From a virus, in the IMG/VR virus record IMGVR_UViG_3300045988_136451: 64,000 nucleotides of DNA; one strand, given 5' to 3'. The translations under genes were made by a program, and so were the position numbers. This document shows, one piece after another, positions 16,147 through 25,430 of the stretch. The notes beneath the pieces were generated by a model. It was not told where the DNA came from and ran no database searches. It saw only the letters and a list, made by a program, of their open reading frames with translations. The stretch's first letter is position 1. The number at the start of each line of letters is the position of its first letter.

Positions 16147-16652
16147 AGCATTGCCTCCTTCAGCCCGTCGGTGTCGTACATCTGCCCTTTGATTCGCGGG
16201 CACTTTATCACGCTCGGCTCGTCGTCGAACGCCGCGTACGGTATCGACTTGCGACCGAGCGCCGCCATGGTCTCCTCGAAGCGAACCCACGTCCCTATGG
16301 GGACGAGGAACGCCGTGTTGAAGCTGCGCTTGTCGTCCTTGTCGTAGAAGTTGACGGCGACGAAGCCGTGAGCGTCCTCGTGGAAGCCGTCGAAGTCCAC
16401 CAGAGCGGCCCTCTGATGCTCCTGTAGGCGGTCTAAGGGCAAAGACCGTGCTGACACCGCCTTTGCCTCAACCAAGGCCGCAGAAAGGCTCTCCGCCGCT
16501 CCGAACACCCAGAAGTCCGCCTCGCTCTCCGAACTCATCGGTCGGTTGCCCGACCAGAACATCTTGTCGCTTATGCGGTGCGCCCTGAAGCCGCTGCGCT
16601 TGAAGCTCGCCAGCAGCTCGCGCTCGAACACCTTACCGTTGTCCCTCGGCAT
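16143..16652 (-). CDS. recU: Holliday junction resolvase RecU-like
   Basis: EAKAVSARSLPLDRLQEHQRAALVDF resembles the RecU catalytic region (FEAKETK..SFPL..F.DHQ). RBS GGAGG 9 nt upstream. Confidence 0.55.
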   Translation of the reverse strand: MPRDNGKVFERELLASFKRSGFRAHRISDKMFWSGNRPMSSESEADFWVFGAAESLSAALVEAKAVSARSLPLDRLQEHQRAALVDFDGFHEDAHGFVAVNFYDKDDKRSFNTAFLVPIGTWVRFEETMAALGRKSIPYAAFDDEPSVIKCPRIKGQMYDTDGLKEAML

Positions 16653-16965
16653 CGTCGGTCACCTCCACGTTCAGCCGGATGTCCGGGTTCAGCCCTAGAT
16701 GCCCCATCATCGCCGCCGCGCCGGAGAACTCCGCAAGCGCCAGCCGCATGTTGATGGACGCTTGCAGCAGCGCGTCGGCATCGGCGCGCTCGAACGCCTG
16801 CTGCGCCTCGCGCTGGAACATCTCGGCGTTCGCGGATGCCTCGCCCACGGCGTTGGCGTACGCCTCGTAGACCTCGACGACGGGTATGCTCGCGCCCTCG
16901 TCCTCCTCCACGATGAACTCGCCGTCACCGTCTATGATTATCACATCGTCGTCGGCGGTTGCCAT
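16633..16965 (-). CDS. acidic hypothetical protein
   Basis: Trimmed to MATADDDVIIIDGDGEF; RBS GGAGGG. Confidence 0.4.
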   Translation of the reverse strand: MATADDDVIIIDGDGEFIVEEDEGASIPVVEVYEAYANAVGEASANAEMFQREAQQAFERADADALLQASINMRLALAEFSGAAAMMGHLGLNPDIRLNVEVTDDAEGQR

Positions 16966-17762
16966 ATCGGTATCCCTCCTCCTCGTATCACGCCCTCGCG
17001 GCGGCAGAAGCCACGGCACGGGCAGCTCTTGAACTTCGACGTGTCGCACTCGCATTCGTAGGGAAGGAGGCTCGGGCTTCCCGCGTCAAGCGCGTCCTTG
17101 ACCTGCTGCCAACGGCGCAGCGTAGGCCCCATGTCCATCTGCTCCACCACGAACTCCTTGAAGCTGTGGGGCCTGTCCTTGCTTATGTAGAGCAGGATGC
17201 CGTACGGCAGGCCGGTCAGCATGAGGTACATGCCGAGTTGGAGGCGGTGGGCAGCGTCGGGGGCGGACAGCGACTTGAACAGGTCGGCGGTCTTGGTCTT
17301 GATCTCGATGGGCACCGGCTCCTCCACGTCGGGGAATTTCAGGATGCTGTCGATTGAACCGGCGACGCGCAGGGCCTCGTCCGTCACCTTGGCCTCGTTC
17401 TCCACGAGGTCGGGAAGCCCCTCTATGTCGGTCATGTTCTCGAACCAGTGCTGAATCATGCCGTGCAGCGCGTGCCCGATCTTGAACGTCACCTGAAGCT
17501 CCGTGTCGATCTTCTCCACCATCTGGTCGGCGTACTTCGGGTTCTTCTCGAAGTACAGGCGGCGCATGCACATAAGGCACTCGCTCGACGGGTGGAGGTT
17601 ATCGTAGTCCTTCGGCTTGTACAGGTCGTCAACCGTGTAGCTGCCGGAGTTCGGCACGAGCGCCAAGTACCGCTCGACGTACGGCACGAGGCGGGCGAAC
17701 CCGTCGGATGCCTTCGGCGGCGCTGACAGCGCGAACAGCTTTGAGCCTTCCCTAATCCTCAT
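16941..17762 (-). CDS. PD-(D/E)xK nuclease, Cas4/RecB-like, with 4-Cys cluster
   Basis: IEIKTKT (E-x-K) follows a D-containing strand. N-terminal CLMC plus C-terminal CECD...CPCRGFC fits the one-plus-three Cys arrangement of Cas4/AddB-type Fe-S nucleases. Confidence 0.5.
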   Translation of the reverse strand: MRIREGSKLFALSAPPKASDGFARLVPYVERYLALVPNSGSYTVDDLYKPKDYDNLHPSSECLMCMRRLYFEKNPKYADQMVEKIDTELQVTFKIGHALHGMIQHWFENMTDIEGLPDLVENEAKVTDEALRVAGSIDSILKFPDVEEPVPIEIKTKTADLFKSLSAPDAAHRLQLGMYLMLTGLPYGILLYISKDRPHSFKEFVVEQMDMGPTLRRWQQVKDALDAGSPSLLPYECECDTSKFKSCPCRGFCRREGVIRGGGIPIWQPPTTM

Positions 17763-18234
17763 GCACGCCCACCAGCTTCAGCATTCGCCCCAGCTCCATC
17801 GCCAAGACCTCCTCGCTCCAAGCGCCGTCGGCCATCGAGGCGACGAGCGGCAGCGCGGTCTTCTCCGATATTCCCAGCGACATCCGCACGCCCTTCTCGC
17901 ACACGGCGTAGCTGTCCCAGTTCGCCTCGTTCGCCTCCCACATCTCGCGGAAGTCGCGATGCCGCATGATTCCCACCTCGCGCCCGCTCGACAGCTTGAC
18001 CGCGACCATGGGCACGCGCATCTCGTTCATGGCCCACTCCGAGACGCTGCGCCACATCTTCGACGAGAGCGTGTACCGCTGCGTCTCGGTGTACTTGCAG
18101 TCCACGAGGAGGCGGGAGGTCTTCACGTCGCCTTTGTACCCCGTGAGGCGGCCAGACGCTTTAACGAGGTCGCCGCCTATGCGCCCGGCCATCTCCTCTT
18201 CCCAGAGCTGCCAGCCCGGTTTGCCGTAAGACAT
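17752..18234 (-). CDS. PD-(D/E)xK-like nuclease (Hjc/VRR-NUC-like), tentative
   Basis: E-rich N-terminus, then GDVKTSRLLVDCKYTE (D-x-K). G8 run (18238-18245) 3 nt upstream of the ATG acts as a G-rich SD. Confidence 0.3.
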   Translation of the reverse strand: MSYGKPGWQLWEEEMAGRIGGDLVKASGRLTGYKGDVKTSRLLVDCKYTETQRYTLSSKMWRSVSEWAMNEMRVPMVAVKLSSGREVGIMRHRDFREMWEANEANWDSYAVCEKGVRMSLGISEKTALPLVASMADGAWSEEVLAMELGRMLKLVGVHED

Positions 18235-18244
18235 TTGCCCCCCC

Positions 18245-19408
18245 CTATTCCTTGAACTCGCCAGCGCCAGCGTCGGCGGTCTTCAGGTAGCTTTCCGATT
18301 CTCCGATGACGACGGCCATGGTGTCGTCGTGCACGGCCTTGGCGAACTCCGGGTTGTCGCGCAGAAGGCCAACCATCTTCGCCTTGCCCTGCGCCTTCAC
18401 GAAGCCCTTCTCGCCCTCGGTGCCGTAGGACATCCACGAGCCGGACGTTTTCAGAACGCCGTAGGATACCGCCAAGTCCACGAGGCTGTCGGCGCTGTCA
18501 ACGCCGAACGGATGGTCTGGCGTTTCGGTGTAGTAGAACATGTACCCGGCCTCGCGGTACGGCGTTGCCAGCTTGTTCTTCCGGTTGCGCGTGATGATGC
18601 GCGTGCCGATCTTGACGCGCTCGCCGTGGATGTCGGCCCACTTGATGTCGTCGGCCTTGCCGGATGCCCTGATCTCCGTGATGGTCTTGCACATGTGCTT
18701 CAGGCCCTCTCCGCCGGAGATGATGAGGCCTCCGTGGGGCGACTTCAGGTTGATGCGGGCTTGGCCTATGTAGATGATGACGGGCAGCACAACGTCCGCA
18801 CCGGCGCGCTTGGCGTTGCTTATGCGGGTAAGCTCCGCGTTCACGCGGTTCACCATGCGCGTGATGACCCCGGCGCTACCGGCGACCTGCATGGCGTTAG
18901 CGTCGCCGCCGTCGCCCTTCTTGCCATCGACCTCAACGCCGCGCGCGACCGCGCCCAAGCTGTCAACCACGATCACGTCGAAGATGCCCTCGCGGATGAT
19001 CGCGCAGAGGCTGTTGGCGGCGTTCTCAACGGTGTCGGGGGTCGAGACCCACACGCGGTTCTTGCGCGGGTTGTCGTAGTCGAACTCTATCCCGTCGAAC
19101 TTCTCCAACCATTGCGGGGTTACGCTTCCCTCGATGTCCACGATGCACGCAAGCGCCTTCGGGTCGAACGACAGGAGACGGCCTATGGCGCAGTTGATGA
19201 GCGACGACTTGCCAGCCGAGTACTCGCCCATCACCATGTGCTGGTGCCCTCGCATCCACCCTCCGCCCAGCGCCGCATCGAGCGTGTCCGCGCCGGTCGA
19301 TATTACGCCGACCGAGTAGTCTATCTGCTGGGTCGGCACGAAGAACGAGCCGGGAGCCTCGTTCTTCAGAAGGTTGTCCAAACCTTTCTCCCTGTTCAGT
19401 CCCATCAC
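18245..19408 (-). CDS. recA: RecA/RadA-family recombinase
   Basis: LDAALGGGWMRG, then Walker A GEYSAGKSSL and Walker B VIVVDSLGA. Confidence 0.7.
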   Translation of the reverse strand: MMGLNREKGLDNLLKNEAPGSFFVPTQQIDYSVGVISTGADTLDAALGGGWMRGHQHMVMGEYSAGKSSLINCAIGRLLSFDPKALACIVDIEGSVTPQWLEKFDGIEFDYDNPRKNRVWVSTPDTVENAANSLCAIIREGIFDVIVVDSLGAVARGVEVDGKKGDGGDANAMQVAGSAGVITRMVNRVNAELTRISNAKRAGADVVLPVIIYIGQARINLKSPHGGLIISGGEGLKHMCKTITEIRASGKADDIKWADIHGERVKIGTRIITRNRKNKLATPYREAGYMFYYTETPDHPFGVDSADSLVDLAVSYGVLKTSGSWMSYGTEGEKGFVKAQGKAKMVGLLRDNPEFAKAVHDDTMAVVIGESESYLKTADAGAGEFKE

Positions 19409-22400
19409 ATTGCCTCTCTTTCTCTTTGCGGGACAACCGGCATGAAGTGCTCTAGCACGTAGTTGTCCTCGTCGTTTCTAAGCTGCTTCTTCACCTGCAT
19501 CAGGAAGTAGCAGTCCTGATCGCCGCGTATGTGGCGCTCGATCATCTCCCACATGTCCGTGAAGCACGTCACGTCGATCTGCGTGCCGTCCATGTCGCAT
19601 TTGAGGAACGCCATCGGCCTGCCCTTCTTGGTGACGATTCGCTTCACGTCCTCCAACAGCACGAGCACGTTTGCGCACGCCTCGTACGCAACGTCGTCAA
19701 GCTCGTCGGCGGAGCAGATCGAGGCCGCGTAAGGCTCGACGGCCCGCAGAACGTCCTCGTACGGGTCGAAGGTCAAGGGCATGCCTATGGCGCTCTTCTC
19801 CATCTCTATGATCTCGTCCTTGGTGAAGTCCGGCTGCTCCTGCGTGAACCGCACGGTCGAAGCGTCGCCGAACAGGTTGGCGCTCATGTCGTTGTTCTCG
19901 AACCTGTGCAGCAGGTCTTTCGCGTTGGGATGCCACTCGCGGAAGAACCTGTTCTTGACGAGGATGCGGACGACACCGTTGTTCGCGCCGCTGCGCGACT
20001 TGAAGTCCTCGAAGTCGGCGTAGGGCGCTCCCGCGAAGATGCTGCGCACGGCCTTCTCCCCTATGCCCTTCAGCGAGCCGATGCCGATGGCGATGGTGCG
20101 GTCGTCGAGGATGGCCCAGTCGTCCGATATGTTCGTCACCGACGGCATCGTGATCTGGAAGCCCTTCTTGCGGGCCTCGCGCATGTACTTCGGAAGCGCC
20201 TTCGGGTCAACCGTCTGGAAGCAGGCGCAGTAGAACTCGACGGGGTACATGAACTTCATCCACGCCGTCCAGAAGGTGATCTTCGCGTAGCTGTAGCTGT
20301 GGGCCTTGTTGAAGGAGTAGAGGCCCGATGCCTTGATCTGGTTGAAGATCACGGTCGCGTCCTCCGCCGATATGCCGCTGTGCCGCACGCACCCCTCAAC
20401 GAACTTCGGCTCCTCCGCCTCCATCTCGCGCAGCTTCTTCTTGCCGATGATCGAGCGCATGTGGTCTGCCTCCAAAGGCGTGTAGCCCGCCACCTGCTGG
20501 CATATCGCCATGGACTGCTCTTGGTAGACGATGACCCCGTACGTGTCCTTCAGGATAGGCTCTAGCTGCGGCACGACGTACGACACCTGCTCCCGCCCCA
20601 GCTTGCGGTTGATGAACACCTGCAACATCCCCGCGAGGATAACGCCGGGGCGGTAAAGCGCCACGATTGTTGACAAGTCCATGACGGAGCGCGGGGCGAG
20701 CTGCTGCGCGCAGGCCGTGATGTCCTTGCCGCCCATCTGGAAGATGCCCAGCGTGTCGCCCTCGTCGAACAGCCTCCACACCCCTTCGGGGGCCTGCGCG
20801 TCTTCGAGGGCGCGGAAGTCGATGCGCACGCCGTGGCGCTGCTCGACCATCGCCCGCGCGTTCGCGAGCGTGGACAGGTTGCGAAGCCCCAGAAGGTCGG
20901 CCTTCAGGAAGCCCAGCGCCTCGATTGCCACCTTGTCGAACTGCGCCACGATGTCGCCCGTCTTCAGCGACAGGCGCGTGGGCATCGCGCTCGAAAGCGG
21001 TATGGGGGAGACGACGTAGCCAGCCGCGTGCTGCCCCCACTGGCGCGGCACGCCGATGAGGCGCGAGACGTACTTGAAGACGTTGGGGAAGCGCTGCATC
21101 ATCGTGTCCAGCTCGCGGCGCTCCTTGTCGGACAGTATGTCGAGATGGTCGAGCCATTCCTTCGGGTTCTTCAGGGCCTTGTCGAACCGTTCCAAGGTCG
21201 CCTTGCAGCGCAGGGCCTCTTGGTGCGGAAGGCGGTAGTAGCGCGCCAAGTCCTCGAAGGCGTTCTTTATGCCGAACGTCCCGACGGTGCCCACCGCGCA
21301 CACGTGGTCTTTGCCGTACTTCTCGTTCAGGTAATCGACGACGCTGTGGCGACCGGCCACGTCGAAGTCGAGGTCGATGTCGGGAAGGCTGTCCAGCCGC
21401 CCTTCGTTGAGGAAGCGCGAGAAGATCAGGCCGCGCCCCATCGGGTCAACTTCGGTAATGCCGGTTGCCCAGCAGAGTATGGAGGCGGCGCACGACCCGC
21501 GCCCCGGCCCGACCTCCACGCCGTGCTCCTTCGCCCAGCGCGTGTAGTCCGAGACGATCAGGAAGTAGTCCGCCAGACCGTTGTCAACGATGATCGGGAA
21601 CTCGTTCTCCGCCACGTCCTTCAGGTACGGCACGAGCCGCGCCTTGTCGCCGCCCCTGTACTTGATCTTGTGGGGGTCGTCGTCGGGCAGCACCTCGCAC
21701 CCACCGGCCTTCTCGAACAGCCCCTTCGCCGTGAGGTACTTCAGGTACTCCCCGCTGTCGTCCCATCCCTCCGGCAGGGGGAACTTCGGAACCTTGTGGG
21801 AGCGGTCGAGGTCGTATTCCTCGACCATCGAGAGGAGGTGGTCTACGCCGTCGAAGCAGCGCTCCAAGTCCTCGTCGCCGATGTAGGCGAGGCGCTGGCG
21901 CACCTCGGCCTCGTCCATCATGTAGTAGTCCTGCTTCATGTGCATGTGCGTCTCGTCGTAATGCTTGCCCATGTTGCAGCCGAGCATGACGTTCTGCAAG
22001 TCGCAGTCCTGCGGACTGACGTAGTGGCTGTCGATTGCGTAGATCGTGCGGATGCCGTGCCGCTTCGCGAAGTCGAGCAGCCACATGTTGACGCTGCGCT
22101 GCTCCGGCTCGCTGTTCGTGTGAATCTCGATGAAGAACTCGTCGAAGATGGCCCGGAACCGCTCGGTGAACTCCAACGCCATCTTCTCGTCGTCGGCCTT
22201 CGCGGCCCTCGACAGGGCACCGGCGAGGCATGCGGAGCCGCATATAACGCCCTCGCGGCGCTCTCCCAAGTCCTCCCACAGCGCGTTGGTGTACGCGTCC
22301 TTCCCTTCCTCGTGCAGCCAAGCCTTCGACGAGATGTCCCAGAGGTTGTGAAGCCCCTCCAAGTTGCGCGCCCAAAGGGTCAGGTGGAAGCCCTTCTTGT

Positions 22401-22638
22401 TCGTGTTGTGGTACACGCCGTCCTTCAGGTACAGCTCGCTTCCGAGTATGGGCACGATGCCGTTGCGCTTCGCCGCCTCGAACATGGCGTAATGGCCCAC
22501 GCAATGGCCGTGGTCGGTTATCGCCTGATAGCGGCTCCCGACCTCGACCGCGCGCCTGCACATGTCCTCCGGGTCGGCGAGGCCGTCTAGGAAGCTGTAG
22601 TAGCTGTGCGCGTGAAGGTTCGCGAACTGATGAGGCAT
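19405..22638 (-). CDS. dnaE: DNA polymerase III alpha subunit (DnaE-type, N-terminal PHP domain)
   Basis: >1000 aa. PHP start MPHQFANLHAHSYYSFLDG is typical of DnaE. Start taken at the second Met (22638) behind a G8 SD-like run; the ORF track starts 21 nt upstream (MDRGGHG). Palindromic motif 22665-22680 upstream. Confidence 0.9.
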   Translation of the reverse strand: MPHQFANLHAHSYYSFLDGLADPEDMCRRAVEVGSRYQAITDHGHCVGHYAMFEAAKRNGIVPILGSELYLKDGVYHNTNKKGFHLTLWARNLEGLHNLWDISSKAWLHEEGKDAYTNALWEDLGERREGVICGSACLAGALSRAAKADDEKMALEFTERFRAIFDEFFIEIHTNSEPEQRSVNMWLLDFAKRHGIRTIYAIDSHYVSPQDCDLQNVMLGCNMGKHYDETHMHMKQDYYMMDEAEVRQRLAYIGDEDLERCFDGVDHLLSMVEEYDLDRSHKVPKFPLPEGWDDSGEYLKYLTAKGLFEKAGGCEVLPDDDPHKIKYRGGDKARLVPYLKDVAENEFPIIVDNGLADYFLIVSDYTRWAKEHGVEVGPGRGSCAASILCWATGITEVDPMGRGLIFSRFLNEGRLDSLPDIDLDFDVAGRHSVVDYLNEKYGKDHVCAVGTVGTFGIKNAFEDLARYYRLPHQEALRCKATLERFDKALKNPKEWLDHLDILSDKERRELDTMMQRFPNVFKYVSRLIGVPRQWGQHAAGYVVSPIPLSSAMPTRLSLKTGDIVAQFDKVAIEALGFLKADLLGLRNLSTLANARAMVEQRHGVRIDFRALEDAQAPEGVWRLFDEGDTLGIFQMGGKDITACAQQLAPRSVMDLSTIVALYRPGVILAGMLQVFINRKLGREQVSYVVPQLEPILKDTYGVIVYQEQSMAICQQVAGYTPLEADHMRSIIGKKKLREMEAEEPKFVEGCVRHSGISAEDATVIFNQIKASGLYSFNKAHSYSYAKITFWTAWMKFMYPVEFYCACFQTVDPKALPKYMREARKKGFQITMPSVTNISDDWAILDDRTIAIGIGSLKGIGEKAVRSIFAGAPYADFEDFKSRSGANNGVVRILVKNRFFREWHPNAKDLLHRFENNDMSANLFGDASTVRFTQEQPDFTKDEIIEMEKSAIGMPLTFDPYEDVLRAVEPYAASICSADELDDVAYEACANVLVLLEDVKRIVTKKGRPMAFLKCDMDGTQIDVTCFTDMWEMIERHIRGDQDCYFLMQVKKQLRNDEDNYVLEHFMPVVPQREREAM

Positions 22639-22664
22639 TCCGTGCCCCCCCCTATCCATGTCTC

Positions 22665-22680
22665 TCGATTATTTTATCGA
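22665..22680 (-). promoter_or_regulatory. AT-rich palindromic motif upstream of dnaE, overlapping the HNH gene stop
   Basis: TCGATAAAATAATCGA-GAGAC-ATG. The embedded TAAAAT lies 17 nt downstream of an AAGACG -35-like hexamer. Confidence 0.55.
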
Positions 22681-23171
22681 ACGTCCTTGTACGTCTTTCC
22701 ATCGCGCACCTTCTGCACCGTGCCGATGGACACTCCGAACTTTTCGGCAAGGGAGGCGAGCGTTCCGCCTCCCCTTATCTCTAAAACCTGCTCTCGCGTC
22801 AGCTTGCGCTTGTCATGATGCATGTAGTTGCCGTACGGCTCTAGCCCCTCGGCGGCGCGTCGTGCCGCATCGGCCCTGCGATGGCACGCAGTGCACATCC
22901 ACTCGACCTCCAACGGCTTCGCGTAATCGTCATGGTGCGCCTCTATGCGCTTCTCCGGCGCTGTCGCCCCGCATTTTGAGCAAACCTGCGGGTTGACCAA
23001 CACCCCGGCCTTTATGGCCTCATAAACGGCTCTCTGGGCATTCTGCTTAGTTGGGTTCTTTGAGCATGTTTTCAGCCTAGTCCCCAAAACTTTCTCCGGG
23101 TGTTCGAGCTTATACCTACGAACTCGCTCTTTGACCTTTTCTTTGTCAACTAGGTAATACTTGCCTTGCAT
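22674..23171 (-). CDS. HNH homing endonuclease with C-terminal HTH
   Basis: CSKCG...EAHHDDY...WMCTACH is an HNH/zinc motif; LASLAEKFGVSIGTVQKV looks like an HTH. Locally AT-rich codons. Own consensus promoter at 23209-23237. Free-standing between dnaE and ssb. Confidence 0.7.
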   Translation of the reverse strand: MQGKYYLVDKEKVKERVRRYKLEHPEKVLGTRLKTCSKNPTKQNAQRAVYEAIKAGVLVNPQVCSKCGATAPEKRIEAHHDDYAKPLEVEWMCTACHRRADAARRAAEGLEPYGNYMHHDKRKLTREQVLEIRGGGTLASLAEKFGVSIGTVQKVRDGKTYKDVR

Positions 23172-23208
23172 GGGGCTACCGCCTTTCTACTAATTCGGCA
23201 ATAGCCCC

Positions 23209-23237
23209 ATTATGCATCAATACTTATACCATGTCAA
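23209..23237 (-). promoter_or_regulatory. near-consensus promoter TTGACA-17-CATAAT driving the free-standing HNH endonuclease
   Basis: Minus strand TTGACATGGTATAAGTATTGATGCATAAT, between the SSB-like gene stop and the HNH start. Confidence 0.6.
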
Positions 23238-23241
23238 TCCG

Positions 23242-24561
23242 CTAAAAAGGGATATCCTCGTCGTAGACGGAAGCGCCGACGCTACCGGCAGCGTCAGTCC
23301 ACGGCACCGTAGCAGCCGGTTGCTGCGGCGCGGCCTGCGCGGGCTGCGGCGCGGGCTGGACTGGCTGCGGCTGCATGGGCTGCGAGCCGACCGGCTGCGG
23401 CATGTACGCGCTTTGCACGGGTGCCGCTGCGGGCTGCTGTGGAGCCGTCTGCGGGGCGTACTGCTGCTGGGAGGGCATCGGTGCGGGCTGGGACGCAACC
23501 GGGGCCGCAGGGGCGCTCTGAACGCCCTGCGGGGCCATCGGGGGCTGCATGGGCACGGAAGCCGGAGCCTGCGCGAACTGCTGCGTCGGAGCGGCGTACC
23601 CCTGCTGCGCGGGCGCTCCGTAGGCGGCTGCGGGCTGGGCGGCTGCTGCGAGCGTGCTCTGGGCGGCACCGGCGAGCGTCGAGGGCGCATAGCCCGGAAC
23701 CGCACCGTCTTCCGGCGTGAAGCCGGGGACGTAGATTCCCTTGCTCGTGTAGTACTGCGGCGTGCCCTTGAAGGAAACGTGCTCCGCGAGGGTGCGCGTC
23801 ATGTACGGACGGTAGCGCTCGATGTCCACCACTTCGGCGGGGCGCTGAATCTTGGTCACGACGTAGGTGCGCATGTCGCTGCGGTACACCTCGTAGTCGT
23901 AGTACGTGATCGGGTCGCAGAAGTCGTCGTCCTTGCTGGTGAGCTGCGCCCAGAAGTTGGAGTACGCCTGATCGACGATCACGACGTTCGGCACCATCGC
24001 GCCGTTGCGCTCCACCATCTCGTCCTCGATGCTCACGATCTGCTCGACCGGCATGCCGCGCCCGTCGGTTCCGCGCTCGCGGTTCACCTTGCGGATGACG
24101 GCGTAGGCGCACATGCGGTCTTGCGGGACGTTGGCCCCCATGTACTTCGTGCCGTCGCGCTTCGTCTTCTCGACCTGCGTCTGGCACAGGGGGCACGCGT
24201 AGGGCTGGTTGTTGTCGATGTCGTCGAGGCACAGGACGTAGCCCCCGTTCGGGATGTAATGGAAGCCGCCGCCGCGCACGCCCTCCTTCACCGTGATAAC
24301 GTCGGTGTCCGCGAAGGGGCGCTGGCAGATGGGGCACACGGGGTTCTGCCCCGTCTGCTCCTTCGTGCGGTTCCACATGTCCTGCGGAATCTCGATGTTG
24401 CACGAGCATCCGACCGACGCGTGGTTGACCACCACGTTGTCCACCATCGGGGACAGGAAGCGCAGCACCGCGCTCGAACCTATGTCCAGCTTGAAATAGC
24501 CGTAGCCCGAAGAACCCTTGTTCTCCGCGTTCTGCGCAAAGCGCTCTACCAATGAACTCAT
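23242..24561 (-). CDS. putative ssDNA-binding protein with SSB-type C-terminal tail (DEDIPF)
   Basis: Ends ...VYDEDIPF, the SSB acidic-tip signature, after a ~170-aa Q/P/A-rich linker. The N-terminal ~270 aa carries two CxxC pairs (CPICQ, CPLCQ), unusual for an OB-fold SSB. RBS AGAGGA. Confidence 0.45.
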   Translation of the reverse strand: MSSLVERFAQNAENKGSSGYGYFKLDIGSSAVLRFLSPMVDNVVVNHASVGCSCNIEIPQDMWNRTKEQTGQNPVCPICQRPFADTDVITVKEGVRGGGFHYIPNGGYVLCLDDIDNNQPYACPLCQTQVEKTKRDGTKYMGANVPQDRMCAYAVIRKVNRERGTDGRGMPVEQIVSIEDEMVERNGAMVPNVVIVDQAYSNFWAQLTSKDDDFCDPITYYDYEVYRSDMRTYVVTKIQRPAEVVDIERYRPYMTRTLAEHVSFKGTPQYYTSKGIYVPGFTPEDGAVPGYAPSTLAGAAQSTLAAAAQPAAAYGAPAQQGYAAPTQQFAQAPASVPMQPPMAPQGVQSAPAAPVASQPAPMPSQQQYAPQTAPQQPAAAPVQSAYMPQPVGSQPMQPQPVQPAPQPAQAAPQQPAATVPWTDAAGSVGASVYDEDIPF

Positions 24562-25133
24562 ATCGTTCCTCTTTCTCGTTGTTGTTTCTCGAACAATGCC
24601 ATCAGGACGTGCGCCATGTACTTTTGGGCTTTTCGACCACTTTCGATCATGAAGATTCTTTCGGTCTCTATCGCATATTGACGTTCGACGCGCTTCCTGA
24701 TGCCCACCTCTACCTGCATTCGTATCCTGCGCACCTGCGCAGCTTCAAGAACGTACTGTGCCCAAGCATCGACCTCCGTCTCGTCCTCGTCGGACATCAC
24801 CATGTCCGGCTCCTTGTAATATGCCGTCCTCGCGCCGCGAGGCGGCGCGACAGGCCCTATCTCGACCCGCTCCGGCACCAGCGCCACTTCCACGCTGAAC
24901 GCCGTCGCAGGCGGTCTCGCATCGTACTCCGCCCTAGCCGACGGGTCGGTGAGCGTCCGGTAGGCCCTGTACACCTCCACGAACTCGTCTTCCGAGCCTC
25001 CGTGGTCGGGGTGGGCCTCCATGAGGCGCTTCTTCGCCGCCTCCTTCAGCTCGGCATCGTCGGCATCGGGCGGCACGCCTATGAGGCGGTAGTAGCCCTC
25101 CGAATCGTGGCGCGCCCTCGGCACGTGCACCAT
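24558..25133 (-). CDS. J-domain (DnaJ-like) protein
   Basis: YYRLIGVPPDADDAELKEAAKKRLMEAHPDHGGSEDEFVEVYRAYRTLTDPSARAEYD is a complete J domain with the HPD motif. Start uncertain; it may lie upstream. Confidence 0.6.
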   Translation of the reverse strand: MVHVPRARHDSEGYYRLIGVPPDADDAELKEAAKKRLMEAHPDHGGSEDEFVEVYRAYRTLTDPSARAEYDARPPATAFSVEVALVPERVEIGPVAPPRGARTAYYKEPDMVMSDEDETEVDAWAQYVLEAAQVRRIRMQVEVGIRKRVERQYAIETERIFMIESGRKAQKYMAHVLMALFEKQQRERGTI

Positions 25134-25188
25134 CTCGGTGCCCGACCAGAAGAACGCGTCGCCGCCCGTCGCCGAGAGAACCAGCCCC

Positions 25189-25353
25189 CTAGGGACGGTC
25201 TTCGCCCTCTGGGGCTGCTTCGGGCGCGGCGCTTTCGTCAAGATCGACGACCTGTTCGGAACCCTCACCCTCACCATCGGCTCCCGCCTTCCGCTCCTCC
25301 TCGGCGACCTTCACCGCCGACGGCTTCTCCGCACTGTACTTCCTGAACGCCAT
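25189..25353 (-). CDS. small acidic hypothetical protein
   Basis: Trimmed to MAFRKYSAEKP with RBS AAAGGAG. Extended -10 promoter TGGTATGAT just upstream. Confidence 0.35.
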   Translation of the reverse strand: MAFRKYSAEKPSAVKVAEEERKAGADGEGEGSEQVVDLDESAAPEAAPEGEDRP

Positions 25354-25379
25354 TTCCGTCTCCTTTCGTCGGGGCGGCA

Positions 25380-25430
25380 ATCATACCATGGCTGTAAGCC
25401 AAAAGTTAAAACAAAAAGTTAAGAATACGC
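25380..25430 (-). promoter_or_regulatory. extended -10 promoter TGGTATGAT with upstream TCTTAACTTTT direct repeats
   Basis: Minus strand TTCTTAACTTTTTGTTTTAACTTTTGGCTTACAGCCATGGTATGAT, upstream of gene 25189-25353. Confidence 0.5.

Noticed and set aside
17752-18234. Calling 17752-18234 a second Holliday junction resolvase with confidence
   Set aside because: Only a D-x-K plus acidic N-terminus pattern is visible, and RecU is already present at 16143-16652. Kept as a low-confidence PD-(D/E)xK-like call.
23600-23700. Low-complexity Q/P/A-rich segment in gene 23242-24561 as a possible DNA tandem repeat
   Set aside because: Amino-acid composition bias only; no exact nucleotide tandem periodicity is seen. 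It is interpreted as the flexible SSB linker.
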